This document shows positions 8,169 through 17,122 of a stretch of DNA of 32,000 nucleotides, piece by piece. Within the stretch, counting starts at the first letter, position 1, and each line of letters starts with the position of its first letter. The DNA comes from Candidatus Baldrarchaeota archaeon (GTDB lineage: Archaea > Asgardarchaeota > Baldrarchaeia > Baldrarchaeales > DXJG01): positions 60,001 to 92,000 of the forward strand of contig DXJG01000001.1 of assembly GCA_019056805.1 (NCBI GenBank), given 5' to 3'. The notes under the pieces are model-generated. The model did no database searches, had not been told where the DNA came from, and saw only the letters and a list, made by a program, of their open reading frames with translations. The translations under genes were made by a program, and so were the position numbers.

Positions 8169-8316
8169 GCGGGGGTGGCCGAGACCGTTACAAACGGTGG
8201 AAACCAGGTCAAAGCCGCATGTGTTCGGCGACAAAAGGCGACGGGCCCAGGAGCTACAGTGCGGAGAAACCCGTTGGCGTAGGCCTGCGTGGGTTCAAAT
8301 CCCACCCCCCGCACCA
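8169..8316 (+). tRNA. tRNA-Leu(CAG) with three introns (8184-8203 at 15/16, 8213-8235 at 21/22, 8252-8268 at 37/38)
   Basis: Spliced product GCGGGGG TG GCCG AGCCAGGTCAA AGGC G ACGGG CCCAGGA CCCGT TGGCGTAGGCCTGC GTGGG TTCAAAT CCCAC CCCCCGC A CCA has Leu-type acceptor, D and variable arms; intron hairpins CCGTT/AACGG and GCCG/CGGC with 3-nt bulges. Position 33 reads C. Confidence 0.87.
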
Positions 8317-8865
8317 TATTTGTACAAATTAAGTTTATAATCTCGGTTTGTGTCCGCGGGGGTCTATTTTTCTTCTGAAAATGACGAAAGAATACTCGTA
8401 GATCCAGCGATTGGGTTCAAAATTAAAAACTTCCTCTTCAAAGATTCTAAAGTAGTAGCGAGATGGGCTCAAATATCGGTTTGCTAGTGTTGTAAATCAT
8501 CTTGCGAGGAGGTGTAATCAATAATTTAAATGCCATCCATCCACGGTATAGTAGTAGTTGGGGAGATTCGAATTCTTGTTTTATTTGTTGAAAGGAAAGG
8601 TATCTGAGCTAGAGTTAGTTCTTCTGTATACATAGGCCGAGAATTTAAGTCAAGTTTTAAACCTCTTCCCCGGTGCCAATTCTACGAACTACATTTAAGT
8701 CCTTGGTTGTGCGCGAGTAAGCTGTTGGACCGCCCCCTGCACTGCTTTCATACAGCTTGCTCCGTTTCTGGAGCAGATCTGGCGTAGAGACAGGTTGACG
8801 CTGATAGACCAGAAAGCCATAAAGGGAATATATTAATGTAATAGTATCGACGTAATATAGATGAT

Positions 8866-9843
8866 GTGTTGATGATGCGAAGCGTTGTGTCTATTGTGCA
8901 GAACGTGGACGTGGAACTCGCGGTTAAAGAGGCGATCAATCTCGTTGGCGGGATTGAGAGCTTTGTACATCCTCATGACAAAGTGGTAATCAAACCGAAC
9001 CTAGTTTTTGCCCTGCCCTCTGATACGGGGTTAACGACCGATCCACGAGTGGTCCAAGCTATCGTAGAATTGTGTAGACGCGTGAATCCGTCAGATGTGA
9101 TCATTGCTGAGGGCTCAGGCGGCACTGACACCAAAATGGCGTTTGAGAGGTGTGGATACTCAGAACTCGCGCGGAGATACGATGTTAAGCTCGTGGACCT
9201 AAACAAGAGCCAGACTACAATGGTGGATGTTCCTGACGGCAAGGCTCTCAAAGTGCTACGCGTTCCGAATGTCATTCTTGAGAGTGACGTTTTAATAAAC
9301 GTGCCCAAGCTTAAGTTGTATGAGCGTAACTGGGCAAGCTTGTCTATCAAGAACCTCTTAGGTGCGGTTCCTGGAAAGGGGGAATACTCACAAATTCCCT
9401 CCTCGGAATTTCCCCTTAAGCTATCTCGCGAATTCTGGACGCCTGAAGGAAAATTCTTTCTTCCCCATCATAAGCAATGGTGGGGCCCTAGGGGCGAGAA
9501 GAAGAGGGTTCACACGGACTTTGCCGAAGGTATAGTGGATCTGAATACGGTGATAAAACCGTCCCTGACCGTAATAGACGGCATAATAGTGTGCAAAAAT
9601 TCAGACATGAGAAATCCAAATCCTAAGACTCTAGAACTCAACACGATCCTTGCTGGTAGGGATCCTCTGGCACTTGATTGCATTGCCACAAAGATAGGTG
9701 GACTGAACCCACTCGACATACCATATCTCAAGCGCGCGGCAGAAAGGGGTATAGGAGAATCAGACTACAGCCGGATTCAAGTTGTAGGAACTCCCCTGTA
9801 TAAGATAGCGAGAGCTTGGGAAATCGGACTGGCCAACCCGTAA
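8866..9843 (+). CDS. DUF362 domain protein
   Basis: VVIKPNL, IAEGSGG, INVPKLK, SIKNLLG, VIDGI and DPLALD motifs; GC-richer than flanks. True start may be ATG 8872 or 8875. Confidence 0.85.
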   Translation: MLMMRSVVSIVQNVDVELAVKEAINLVGGIESFVHPHDKVVIKPNLVFALPSDTGLTTDPRVVQAIVELCRRVNPSDVIIAEGSGGTDTKMAFERCGYSELARRYDVKLVDLNKSQTTMVDVPDGKALKVLRVPNVILESDVLINVPKLKLYERNWASLSIKNLLGAVPGKGEYSQIPSSEFPLKLSREFWTPEGKFFLPHHKQWWGPRGEKKRVHTDFAEGIVDLNTVIKPSLTVIDGIIVCKNSDMRNPNPKTLELNTILAGRDPLALDCIATKIGGLNPLDIPYLKRAAERGIGESDYSRIQVVGTPLYKIARAWEIGLANP

Positions 9844-9973
9844 GATAACCCAGAGTCGAACCGCACCAACGTGTAGGACATTCTGCACGTGAAAAGGTAA
9901 AAACAAGAATCATAAACCAAAGTTTGAATCTAATCCTCGGTGTTATTCCAATTCAGCGAGAGTTAAGCCTATA

Positions 9974-11377
9974 TTAACTTTCAATATTAGATTTTATTTT
10001 TTCTTCTAAAATTTCTACGTTTTTTAATATTTCTTGATAATATTTTTCAGTTATTATTCCTTTCTTGTAAGCTTCCTCCAGCTCTTCTTTGTCCACTACT
10101 TTTACGTCGTTGTTTGGCCATTTTACGATGTCTATTGCAAGATCAATATAGGTTACTTTTTGTGGGTGAATTTCTATTCCAGTTGAGATATTGTAGTATT
10201 CTCCTTTGAGTTCTCTTTCTTCATTGTAATAACTTGTTTTCATGTACCAGGATCCTTGAGTAATTTCTGTTATACCGTAATCTCCTTCCTCTATAGGTAT
10301 GTTTAATGCGTCGTAGGTTCCTCCACCTCTGAACTTTCTTATAAGTTTTAATGTAAGTGGGTTGGTTGTTTTTTCTATAATTTTTCCAGGTGTTAAGTGT
10401 AATCGTTTTCCGTTAAGTTTAATATGTTCTATTTCGATTATTTCTCCTACTTTAGGGTATTTTTGAAGAACAGTTTCTCTAACTTGTTCTGTAACTTCCT
10501 TTTTCATATCGGGGTTTTTTGATATTATTTTTTCAGCTAGATCTACAACTAAGGCAAAATTCGAACTCAATGATTTGTAGAAGTGGTGATTTGGTATTGT
10601 TGGAGTTACTTTGCTTCTAATTTCATCCAATGTTCTTTTTGTTTCGTACGGTATTTTTATATGAGCTATTCTTTCTCCTTCATAGAGAAGTATGGGGGCT
10701 TTTTCTTTTTCTGCTCTTTTTAATATTTCTTCTGCCTTTTTTTCTAGTTGTTTTACCTCTTCTATTAATTCTTTTGGTTCTCTGGTTGCTGCAGCTGTTC
10801 TCCAAAGTATACCCCAATTCTTAGGTTTTATTGCTTTACCTAAAACAAATAACATTTGTCTAGTATCTGAATTTTTTATTTTCCTACTTATTTTTATTGA
10901 GTTTTCAGGAATAAGAATTGCATATTTACCTGGTATCGTTATGTTTGTAGTTAGCGTGATATCTTTCCTTAATCCAGGATCAACCACCCTAACGAGGATT
11001 TCTTTTCCTTCTTCTAACTTTTCACCTACAAGAATACCGTCGTCTTTCCCTAATTTTACAATACTTCCATGAAATGTTTGTTGTTCAACAATGCCTTTGT
11101 ATATTGCATTGGCTGTAACTTTTGATACATAAATAATGGGGTTTGGCAATTCTTCACTAATTACGTCTAGAAATGCATTTAGGTGTTCGTTTTTTGCTTC
11201 TACAATTATTCCTTGCTTATCTGCAGTATCTTTTATATCTATGTCTGGGGTATCTATGTCGGGATTGATATTTAATCTCTCTCTGATTATCTGTGTGCTT
11301 TGAGTTATATGAAATCCGTGGTCGAGTAGTAGTTTTGTTAGGGCTGTTGAGTAAATACCTCTGACTCTAACTTTCAA
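9974..11377 (-). CDS. fau-1: Probable ribonuclease FAU-1 (RNA-binding protein AU-1, C-terminal DUF402)
   Basis: N-terminal KVRVRGIYSTALT, S1-like region, C-terminal YYNISTGIE...YIDLAIDIV. TTG at 11377 with GGAG upstream preferred to 11521, which would overlap the UPF0147 gene. Confidence 0.9.
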   Translation of the reverse strand: MKVRVRGIYSTALTKLLLDHGFHITQSTQIIRERLNINPDIDTPDIDIKDTADKQGIIVEAKNEHLNAFLDVISEELPNPIIYVSKVTANAIYKGIVEQQTFHGSIVKLGKDDGILVGEKLEEGKEILVRVVDPGLRKDITLTTNITIPGKYAILIPENSIKISRKIKNSDTRQMLFVLGKAIKPKNWGILWRTAAATREPKELIEEVKQLEKKAEEILKRAEKEKAPILLYEGERIAHIKIPYETKRTLDEIRSKVTPTIPNHHFYKSLSSNFALVVDLAEKIISKNPDMKKEVTEQVRETVLQKYPKVGEIIEIEHIKLNGKRLHLTPGKIIEKTTNPLTLKLIRKFRGGGTYDALNIPIEEGDYGITEITQGSWYMKTSYYNEERELKGEYYNISTGIEIHPQKVTYIDLAIDIVKWPNNDVKVVDKEELEEAYKKGIITEKYYQEILKNVEILEEKIKSNIES

Positions 11378-11432
11378 ATCCGAACTCTCCTGGCTAATAA
11401 ATAAGTAAAATATAGATGCATGTAGTTGTGAG

Positions 11433-11696
11433 TTAGTCTTGTATTGTTTCCAGTATGCTGACTGCATTCCATATTTTTGTCCTTGCGTGTAACGGGCAGT
11501 TTGGATCTTGCGAGGCTTCATCTAATATCGATATGGCATTTGCCGCTCTCACGGCTGGAGTTCCTTCTCCTCCATGTAGTGTTTCTATGGCTTCATTTGC
11601 TGCTCTTCTTATATTTCTTGGTACTGATGTATCCTCCGCAATTTGTTTAAGAATTTGTGTTGCTTGTTCTATTTTTTCCTTTGTTTCTTTTTTCAC
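11433..11696 (-). CDS. UPF0147 family protein
   Basis: [12 protein letters not shown]...[24 protein letters not shown] signature. Confidence 0.93.
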   Translation of the reverse strand: MKKETKEKIEQATQILKQIAEDTSVPRNIRRAANEAIETLHGGEGTPAVRAANAISILDEASQDPNCPLHARTKIWNAVSILETIQD

Positions 11697-12022
11697 TGCT
11701 ATTCCCCCCGTTGCGACGTATTTCTTTCATATGTATTGCTTTAAATAATTATGGAAAGACCAGTTAAATTTCTTTCTTAAACTTTTAAATTTAAAATTGT
11801 TGTTTAAGACATGTAAGATCGGTAGTGAACTTCAGCTCTACGGTACTTTTGGGAAGGAAATTGTTTAACATTCTGTTATTTTTTGACTTAACATCGTTAT
11901 TTAAGTTTAAAAATAACTCTGATTGTTATGGTTTGGTAAGCACTGTAAGTTATCAAGCAATTTCAGTGGCATTGAAAGTTTATAAGATTTATGTGGGTAT
12001 AGTTGAATGTGGAGGCTTTACG

Positions 12023-12385
12023 ATGTCTGAAGAGAATGAAAAGGATGAAAATTTGAGTCGAATGGTTAATTTATTACGTTCAGGTGCTATAATGTTACAT
12101 GAATCATGTCCTGTTTGTCATTCTCCCCTTTTTAAGGTTCGTGATGAAATTGTTTGTCCTAAGTGTCAAAAAAGAGTTGTTTTTGTCCGTAAGGATGAAG
12201 AAGCTTCAAAGGTCTTAGAAGAATCTGTTCTCTCTACGCTAGAAGGAACGTTAGTTGTTAAAATTCAAGACCTAGAAAAGGAAATTTCTAAAGAAAGAGA
12301 CCCGGACAGATTATATAATCTGTTAAGAATTTTAGTTGCCTTTTTAGAAGCACTAGAACGAATTAAAAGAATAGAATCACGATAG
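12023..12385 (+). CDS. Zinc-ribbon protein, UPF0148/SSSCA1-like
   Basis: MVNLLRSGAIMLHESCPVCHSPLF...CPKC; ATG at 12023 follows GGAGG, so the ORF-track start at 11825 is over-extended. Confidence 0.85.
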   Translation: MSEENEKDENLSRMVNLLRSGAIMLHESCPVCHSPLFKVRDEIVCPKCQKRVVFVRKDEEASKVLEESVLSTLEGTLVVKIQDLEKEISKERDPDRLYNLLRILVAFLEALERIKRIESR

Positions 12386-12389
12386 TATA

Positions 12390-14663
12390 TTACCCGGATT
12401 CTTCCTCATAGGGTAAAGTTAAAATTTCTCTAATTTTTCTAGCTGTTTTTTCACCTATTCCCTTTATTTTCTTAAGAACTTCTTCTGGTGCGGTAAATAT
12501 GTTTTCTACGGTTTTTAATTCTTTTAACAGTCTTTTTGCAAGTGTAAGATCTATTCCAGGCAGCCCCGAAACGATGTACTCCTGAAGTTCTTTATCGCTC
12601 AGTGGTATTTTTTCTCTTTTTATTGAAGGATATCTCTTTTCCTTTATTTGCTCTCTTTTTGCTATTGCATAGATAAGATGTGCTGTTTCGCTAGAAGTCT
12701 TAGCCCAAAGAATAGGTATGTTAAAATCAAGAATTATGCTAGCTAGTGCTCCTCTAATCGCCTCAGGAGATATAGCTTTCTTTCCGTAGATTGTTTCACC
12801 TTCTATTATTAGTACAGGATTTTTATAGTTACTTTTGAGGTTTGCAAGTTGTTGAAATAATCTTTTATCAATGATTGATTGTAAAAAGTCTTCAGCTGTC
12901 TTTCTTTCTATAGCGACCCTATCAGAGATTATATAGTCTGCTATAAGGAGTTGTTCTGGTACAAGTCTAACTCCAAGTTCTGTAAGATGTTTCGCAGTCT
13001 GAGATCTTAGTTCTCTGTTATCTATGTATATTTTTATTTCCTCTCGTGGTTTCATGAAAGATTCTAAGGGCTTACTTATACCAGTTTCAATTACGTCAAA
13101 TTTCTCTGATAGTTCCTTTATTGTTTGCTTCATCATTTTTTCCTTGTGCTTTGCAGACCAAAAATAGGCTTCGTCTCTAGTTTTTTCAGCTATAAGCACT
13201 ACCATTTTTCCAGGTCTTCTACGCCCTGTTCGACCTTTTCTCTGGATTTGTCGTATTGCACTTGGCACAGCATCGTAACAGACAACTAAATCACAGTCTG
13301 CTATATCTAGTCCTTCCTCTGCAACACTGGTGGCTACTAACACATTATATATGCCTTGTTTAAATTCTTCTAGGATCTTTAACTGTTCTTTTTGGGTAAG
13401 CCCTATATCGCTTTCCTTCGATGCTTGACCAACGAATCTTACAGGATTTATTCCATCAATTTTTTCTAATTCTTCAACAAGTTTCTTTGCGGTATTTCTA
13501 AATTTTGTAAAAACAATGACCCTTGTTTTCTTATTTAACTGTATTTGTCTCAAAATTATTTTCACGGTTTCCAGTATTTTTGGATGTTCGAAGTTTTCTT
13601 CTTCCAATTTTTGTACTAATTTCTGTATTTCCAACATCCTGGGATCATTAAGTAAGTTTTCTGTGGCTTTTTGATGACCAGGGCGTTTGACTTCTTTTCC
13701 CATTTTTGCCAGATATTCTGCGACAGGAGTTATTCCTTGAGTCTCTAACAGTTCCAGCGCATGAGATATTTTTAGAGCTTCAGCTACCGCTAAAGAAACT
13801 GTGAAGAGACTTGAGGGTGGTCGAAGATACTCTGCAAGTTCTCTTTGAATTTTTGCTTTAAGATCAAGCAAATCTTTTCTACTGATTTTTTTAACATCAA
13901 AGCTTTCTAAGTATCCATAATCCTTCAAAATTTTTAATTTATCCTTAAAAAGAGTTTCTAGTAATTTTTTTATTTTTAGGAAATCGGGAGGCAGCTTTAC
14001 TGTTTTCCATTCCAAAAAAATAGGATGAATGTATGGTCTTACATCTGGACTATATTCTGTTCGAGTTTCTATTTTATGTATAAAGAGATTTTTACAAACT
14101 TCTTCTATCTTCTCTCTTTCAGATCCAGGTGATGCTGTTAAACCAAGTATTAATGGATGATCTGCCTGCTTCATATATTCCTTTGCTATGTATGTATAGG
14201 AGTAACTTCCAATAGCACGATGAGCTTCGTCGAAAATTAATAATGATATGTCCTTTAAATCATATCGTCCGGCAATTAAATCATTTTCTAGTATTTGTGG
14301 GGTCATTAATACGGCTCTTGAAGAATTTAAAATATTTATTCTATTTTGAGGTTTAATATTTCCAGTTATAGCGTTAATTTCATGAGAAGGAAGGTCTAGA
14401 ACTTTTCTAAAGATTTCGCAATGTTGATTAACTAAAGGTTTGGTAGGGGCAAGCATAATGCATTTTGAGTTTGGATATTTTAGTAGTCGATGAGCAGCGA
14501 CTATCGCTGCTATTATAGTTTTACCAAGGCCTGTAGGAAGTATTACAAGTGTATTTCCTTTTAGACATTTTTCTACTATATTTATTTGATATTTTCTGTA
14601 TTCTATGGTGTTTGGTTTGATTAATGGCTGCGTAATGAAGTTTTGATAATGTTTTACTGACAT
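12390..14663 (-). CDS. hef: Hef: SF2 helicase fused to ERCC4 nuclease (FANCM homolog)
   Basis: PTGLGKT, DEAH, GLTASPG, QRKGRTGR helicase motifs; ERKTAEDFLQS ERCC4 motif; C-terminal HhH2 (LPGID, IKGIGEK). Start uncertain (14663 vs 14768). Confidence 0.95.
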   Translation of the reverse strand: MSVKHYQNFITQPLIKPNTIEYRKYQINIVEKCLKGNTLVILPTGLGKTIIAAIVAAHRLLKYPNSKCIMLAPTKPLVNQHCEIFRKVLDLPSHEINAITGNIKPQNRINILNSSRAVLMTPQILENDLIAGRYDLKDISLLIFDEAHRAIGSYSYTYIAKEYMKQADHPLILGLTASPGSEREKIEEVCKNLFIHKIETRTEYSPDVRPYIHPIFLEWKTVKLPPDFLKIKKLLETLFKDKLKILKDYGYLESFDVKKISRKDLLDLKAKIQRELAEYLRPPSSLFTVSLAVAEALKISHALELLETQGITPVAEYLAKMGKEVKRPGHQKATENLLNDPRMLEIQKLVQKLEEENFEHPKILETVKIILRQIQLNKKTRVIVFTKFRNTAKKLVEELEKIDGINPVRFVGQASKESDIGLTQKEQLKILEEFKQGIYNVLVATSVAEEGLDIADCDLVVCYDAVPSAIRQIQRKGRTGRRRPGKMVVLIAEKTRDEAYFWSAKHKEKMMKQTIKELSEKFDVIETGISKPLESFMKPREEIKIYIDNRELRSQTAKHLTELGVRLVPEQLLIADYIISDRVAIERKTAEDFLQSIIDKRLFQQLANLKSNYKNPVLIIEGETIYGKKAISPEAIRGALASIILDFNIPILWAKTSSETAHLIYAIAKREQIKEKRYPSIKREKIPLSDKELQEYIVSGLPGIDLTLAKRLLKELKTVENIFTAPEEVLKKIKGIGEKTARKIREILTLPYEEESG

Positions 14664-14788
14664 TTCTTGGCGCCACACTTTTATTGAATTGACTTCACTT
14701 AGGTTAAATATTAAATTATCAATTCGACTATATTTCTTACCCAATTTAATTTGTTTCATATTTCTCATAGATTGTGGAGGTGTGATTA

Positions 14789-15127
14789 TTGAGTAAAGGG
14801 GATTTTATCCCCTCATTTGCTGAAGCAGAGCTCTATGAACTTTCCATGCCAGGCCGTCTTATCGGGAAGGAAGTCTTAGATGGTAGTGCTCGTAGAATTG
14901 GTATCGTTAGGAGTGTTCGTGTAAGATTACCAGATCTAAAGGTTGAACTAGTAGTTAAGGGGCTTGAAATAGAGTTTCCAGTAGATGTGAGTAATATTTC
15001 TGCCGTTGGTACAGTTATTCAATTAAAAAACGTGATCAAGGAAGCAGAAGAAATAGAGATACATGATGTTGTGCGCCTACGAAAAGAGGTTTGGGAGGAA
15101 ATTAAAGCTTATTTAGGAAGTAGATGA
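14789..15127 (+). CDS. Small PRC-barrel-like protein
   Basis: LIGKEVLDGSARRIGIVRSV pattern and ISAVGTVIQL resemble PRC barrels. Confidence 0.65.
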   Translation: MSKGDFIPSFAEAELYELSMPGRLIGKEVLDGSARRIGIVRSVRVRLPDLKVELVVKGLEIEFPVDVSNISAVGTVIQLKNVIKEAEEIEIHDVVRLRKEVWEEIKAYLGSR

Positions 15128-15151
15128 GGAATTGAAAGTTATATTTGGTAA

Positions 15152-17083
15152 TTATTGAAGGAGAGCAGGGCATTCTCCCAAACAGTCCCCACAATGTGTA
15201 CAAGATTTTTGGTTAATAACTGCTTTACCATTAACTATGCTAATTGCATTGTTCGAACATTTGCTCACGCATATGCCACATCCTACACAGTAAAGAGATC
15301 TAACAACTGTTTTATACATTCTCTTAGTAATTTTCTTTAAACTTTTTCTGTCACTTTTAGTTTTTATTATAAAATGTCCTGTTTGGAAAATCATACCTGT
15401 AAAATCCTTACCTCGTATATGGATAGCACCTAATTCTTTTCCACTCTTAACTTCTCCCAGAGTTAATAAGAAATTAGAGAGTCTTTCTAAATCCAAATGA
15501 GTATTAAACATGCCCTTAATGATACTTTCGGTCACATTTGCACTACATGTTTCATTTTCATAAGTTATTGTATATTCTAATTTTTCTGGCAGGATCCTTG
15601 GTTTTTGAGCAATAAAGGTCAAACCTAAAGTTTTTGCCAACTCTACCTGACTTTTTGAAAGTTTTTTCCACCTCCAAAATCCATGCGTTACCCATTCTTT
15701 GGGAAATCCGTAAATCCTTCTCCACTTCTCCAATTCTTTCTCCCACTTCTTCCAAAGAGTAGGATGCGTTTTCTTTATGTTCTCTATTTCTGCAAGCTTT
15801 AGAGCTGGACAAACCCAGCAACCTATCCTGAAGAAACCAGTTTCGTAGAGTGGATTGTACGGTGTACACGCGTCAAAAATGTATAACCAAGTTTGAAGCG
15901 CGGTCCAATCATGGATAGGGCTTGCACCAATTTGACCTGGAACCCACGGGTTACGCCATATCTTCGGCTCTTTTGACCTTCTCTCCGATTCATATTTTCG
16001 TTGTCCAATAAATGTTAAACAGCCGTTTGGAAAATTTTCCTTAATTAATCGTGTAGTTGGCCCTAATTTGTTGGTTTTACAACATATTCTGTAATCTCTA
16101 CCAGGAGGTCCAAATTTCTCAACTGTTTGCCAAAAAACATTTTTATCAACAGTTCTTACAAGCAAATTATTTTCTAAACCAAGCTGTTGAAGAACTTTTA
16201 GCGTGTATTTTACAGTTTCAGGGAATTCTATTCCAGTATCTATAAAAATTATTTTTATTTTTGGTCCTAGTGCTTTAAGAACTAGTAGCAGTGTTGCTAA
16301 GCTATCCTTTCCCCCACTAAAAGCAACAGTGGGAGGTTTATGAATATTTCGAGTTACATTTCTAATGAATGTCAGTGCTTGTTTCTCTTGTTCCTTTAAG
16401 AACTCCATATTGGCATCTATTACATCTTTCCAAGTTTGTCCTCCAGATAAAATTTTACTTTGTGTAGGAGGTTCAGCTTCCCTTATTTTAACAGCCAATC
16501 CTCGCGATCTTTTCTTCATTTCTTTACCGTTTATCTTAGCAGCCCCAACCGCTATCACTTCATCTTGTTCATCAACTACTATTACCTGTTCTCCTTCTAA
16601 TATCTCATCATCACACTCTATTATTCCTGGTGCTAAAAGATTCTTTCCATTAATAATGGCTTGAGCAGCAACATTATCTATTTTTACCCATTTTTTACAG
16701 TGATGAAACCATAGTAAGCGGGCAATTGGAAGTTTAGGTACAAATTCCCAATTCATGCTAAGTGGAGAGAAACGAAGATATCCCATGATTTTTCCATCAA
16801 ATATGATTTCCTCCATTCTATCGACGTAAGAGGTTTTATTCAGTAGTATAATTTTATCTTCTGGTATTACCTTTTTCCCCAGAGATTTACCAAATTGAAG
16901 ATCTATTAGCTTTCTGATTAGTTCAATGTCAGATTTAAAAGCCGGTCTTACATCTCCTGGTGGGGCAATAGGAACTTGGACTAAGGGGCCATTACAACGG
17001 TTACATTTATCACCCAATATTGGAAGATTGCAAGATATACACCACTGTAACCTTATTTTTCCAAAATACGGTGCTTTTGACAT
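15152..17083 (-). CDS. Zn-ribbon/PUA/PAPS-reductase-family (PP-loop)/2x[4Fe-4S] multidomain protein
   Basis: CxxC..CxxC N-terminus, PUA-like LLAPGIIECD, SGGKDS PP-loop, CC and RIGCWVCP cluster motifs, C-terminal CVGCGICVSKC and CTHCGDCLGEC. Confidence 0.88.
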   Translation of the reverse strand: MSKAPYFGKIRLQWCISCNLPILGDKCNRCNGPLVQVPIAPPGDVRPAFKSDIELIRKLIDLQFGKSLGKKVIPEDKIILLNKTSYVDRMEEIIFDGKIMGYLRFSPLSMNWEFVPKLPIARLLWFHHCKKWVKIDNVAAQAIINGKNLLAPGIIECDDEILEGEQVIVVDEQDEVIAVGAAKINGKEMKKRSRGLAVKIREAEPPTQSKILSGGQTWKDVIDANMEFLKEQEKQALTFIRNVTRNIHKPPTVAFSGGKDSLATLLLVLKALGPKIKIIFIDTGIEFPETVKYTLKVLQQLGLENNLLVRTVDKNVFWQTVEKFGPPGRDYRICCKTNKLGPTTRLIKENFPNGCLTFIGQRKYESERRSKEPKIWRNPWVPGQIGASPIHDWTALQTWLYIFDACTPYNPLYETGFFRIGCWVCPALKLAEIENIKKTHPTLWKKWEKELEKWRRIYGFPKEWVTHGFWRWKKLSKSQVELAKTLGLTFIAQKPRILPEKLEYTITYENETCSANVTESIIKGMFNTHLDLERLSNFLLTLGEVKSGKELGAIHIRGKDFTGMIFQTGHFIIKTKSDRKSLKKITKRMYKTVVRSLYCVGCGICVSKCSNNAISIVNGKAVINQKSCTHCGDCLGECPALLQ

Positions 17084-17122
17084 ATTGTTATCCCTAATTA
17101 TTTTTAAATGAAAAATTGGAGG

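Noticed and set aside
8335-8640. Minus-strand frame containing YYYTVDGWHLN, resembling an SGNH-hydrolase DxxH block
   Set aside because: Interrupted by three stops, lacks a start, and the match is a single short motif. Not supportable as a pseudogene, and not enough to suggest TGA recoding.
8700-8836. Short plus-strand frame (SCWTAPCTAFIQLAPFLEQIW) vaguely thioredoxin-like
   Set aside because: No CxxC motif, no clear start, too short.
11697-12022. Intergenic region of about 325 bp as possible ncRNA, or N-terminal extension of ORF 11825
   Set aside because: No C/D boxes or stable GC-rich stems seen; only low-complexity AT palindromes. It fits a divergent promoter region.
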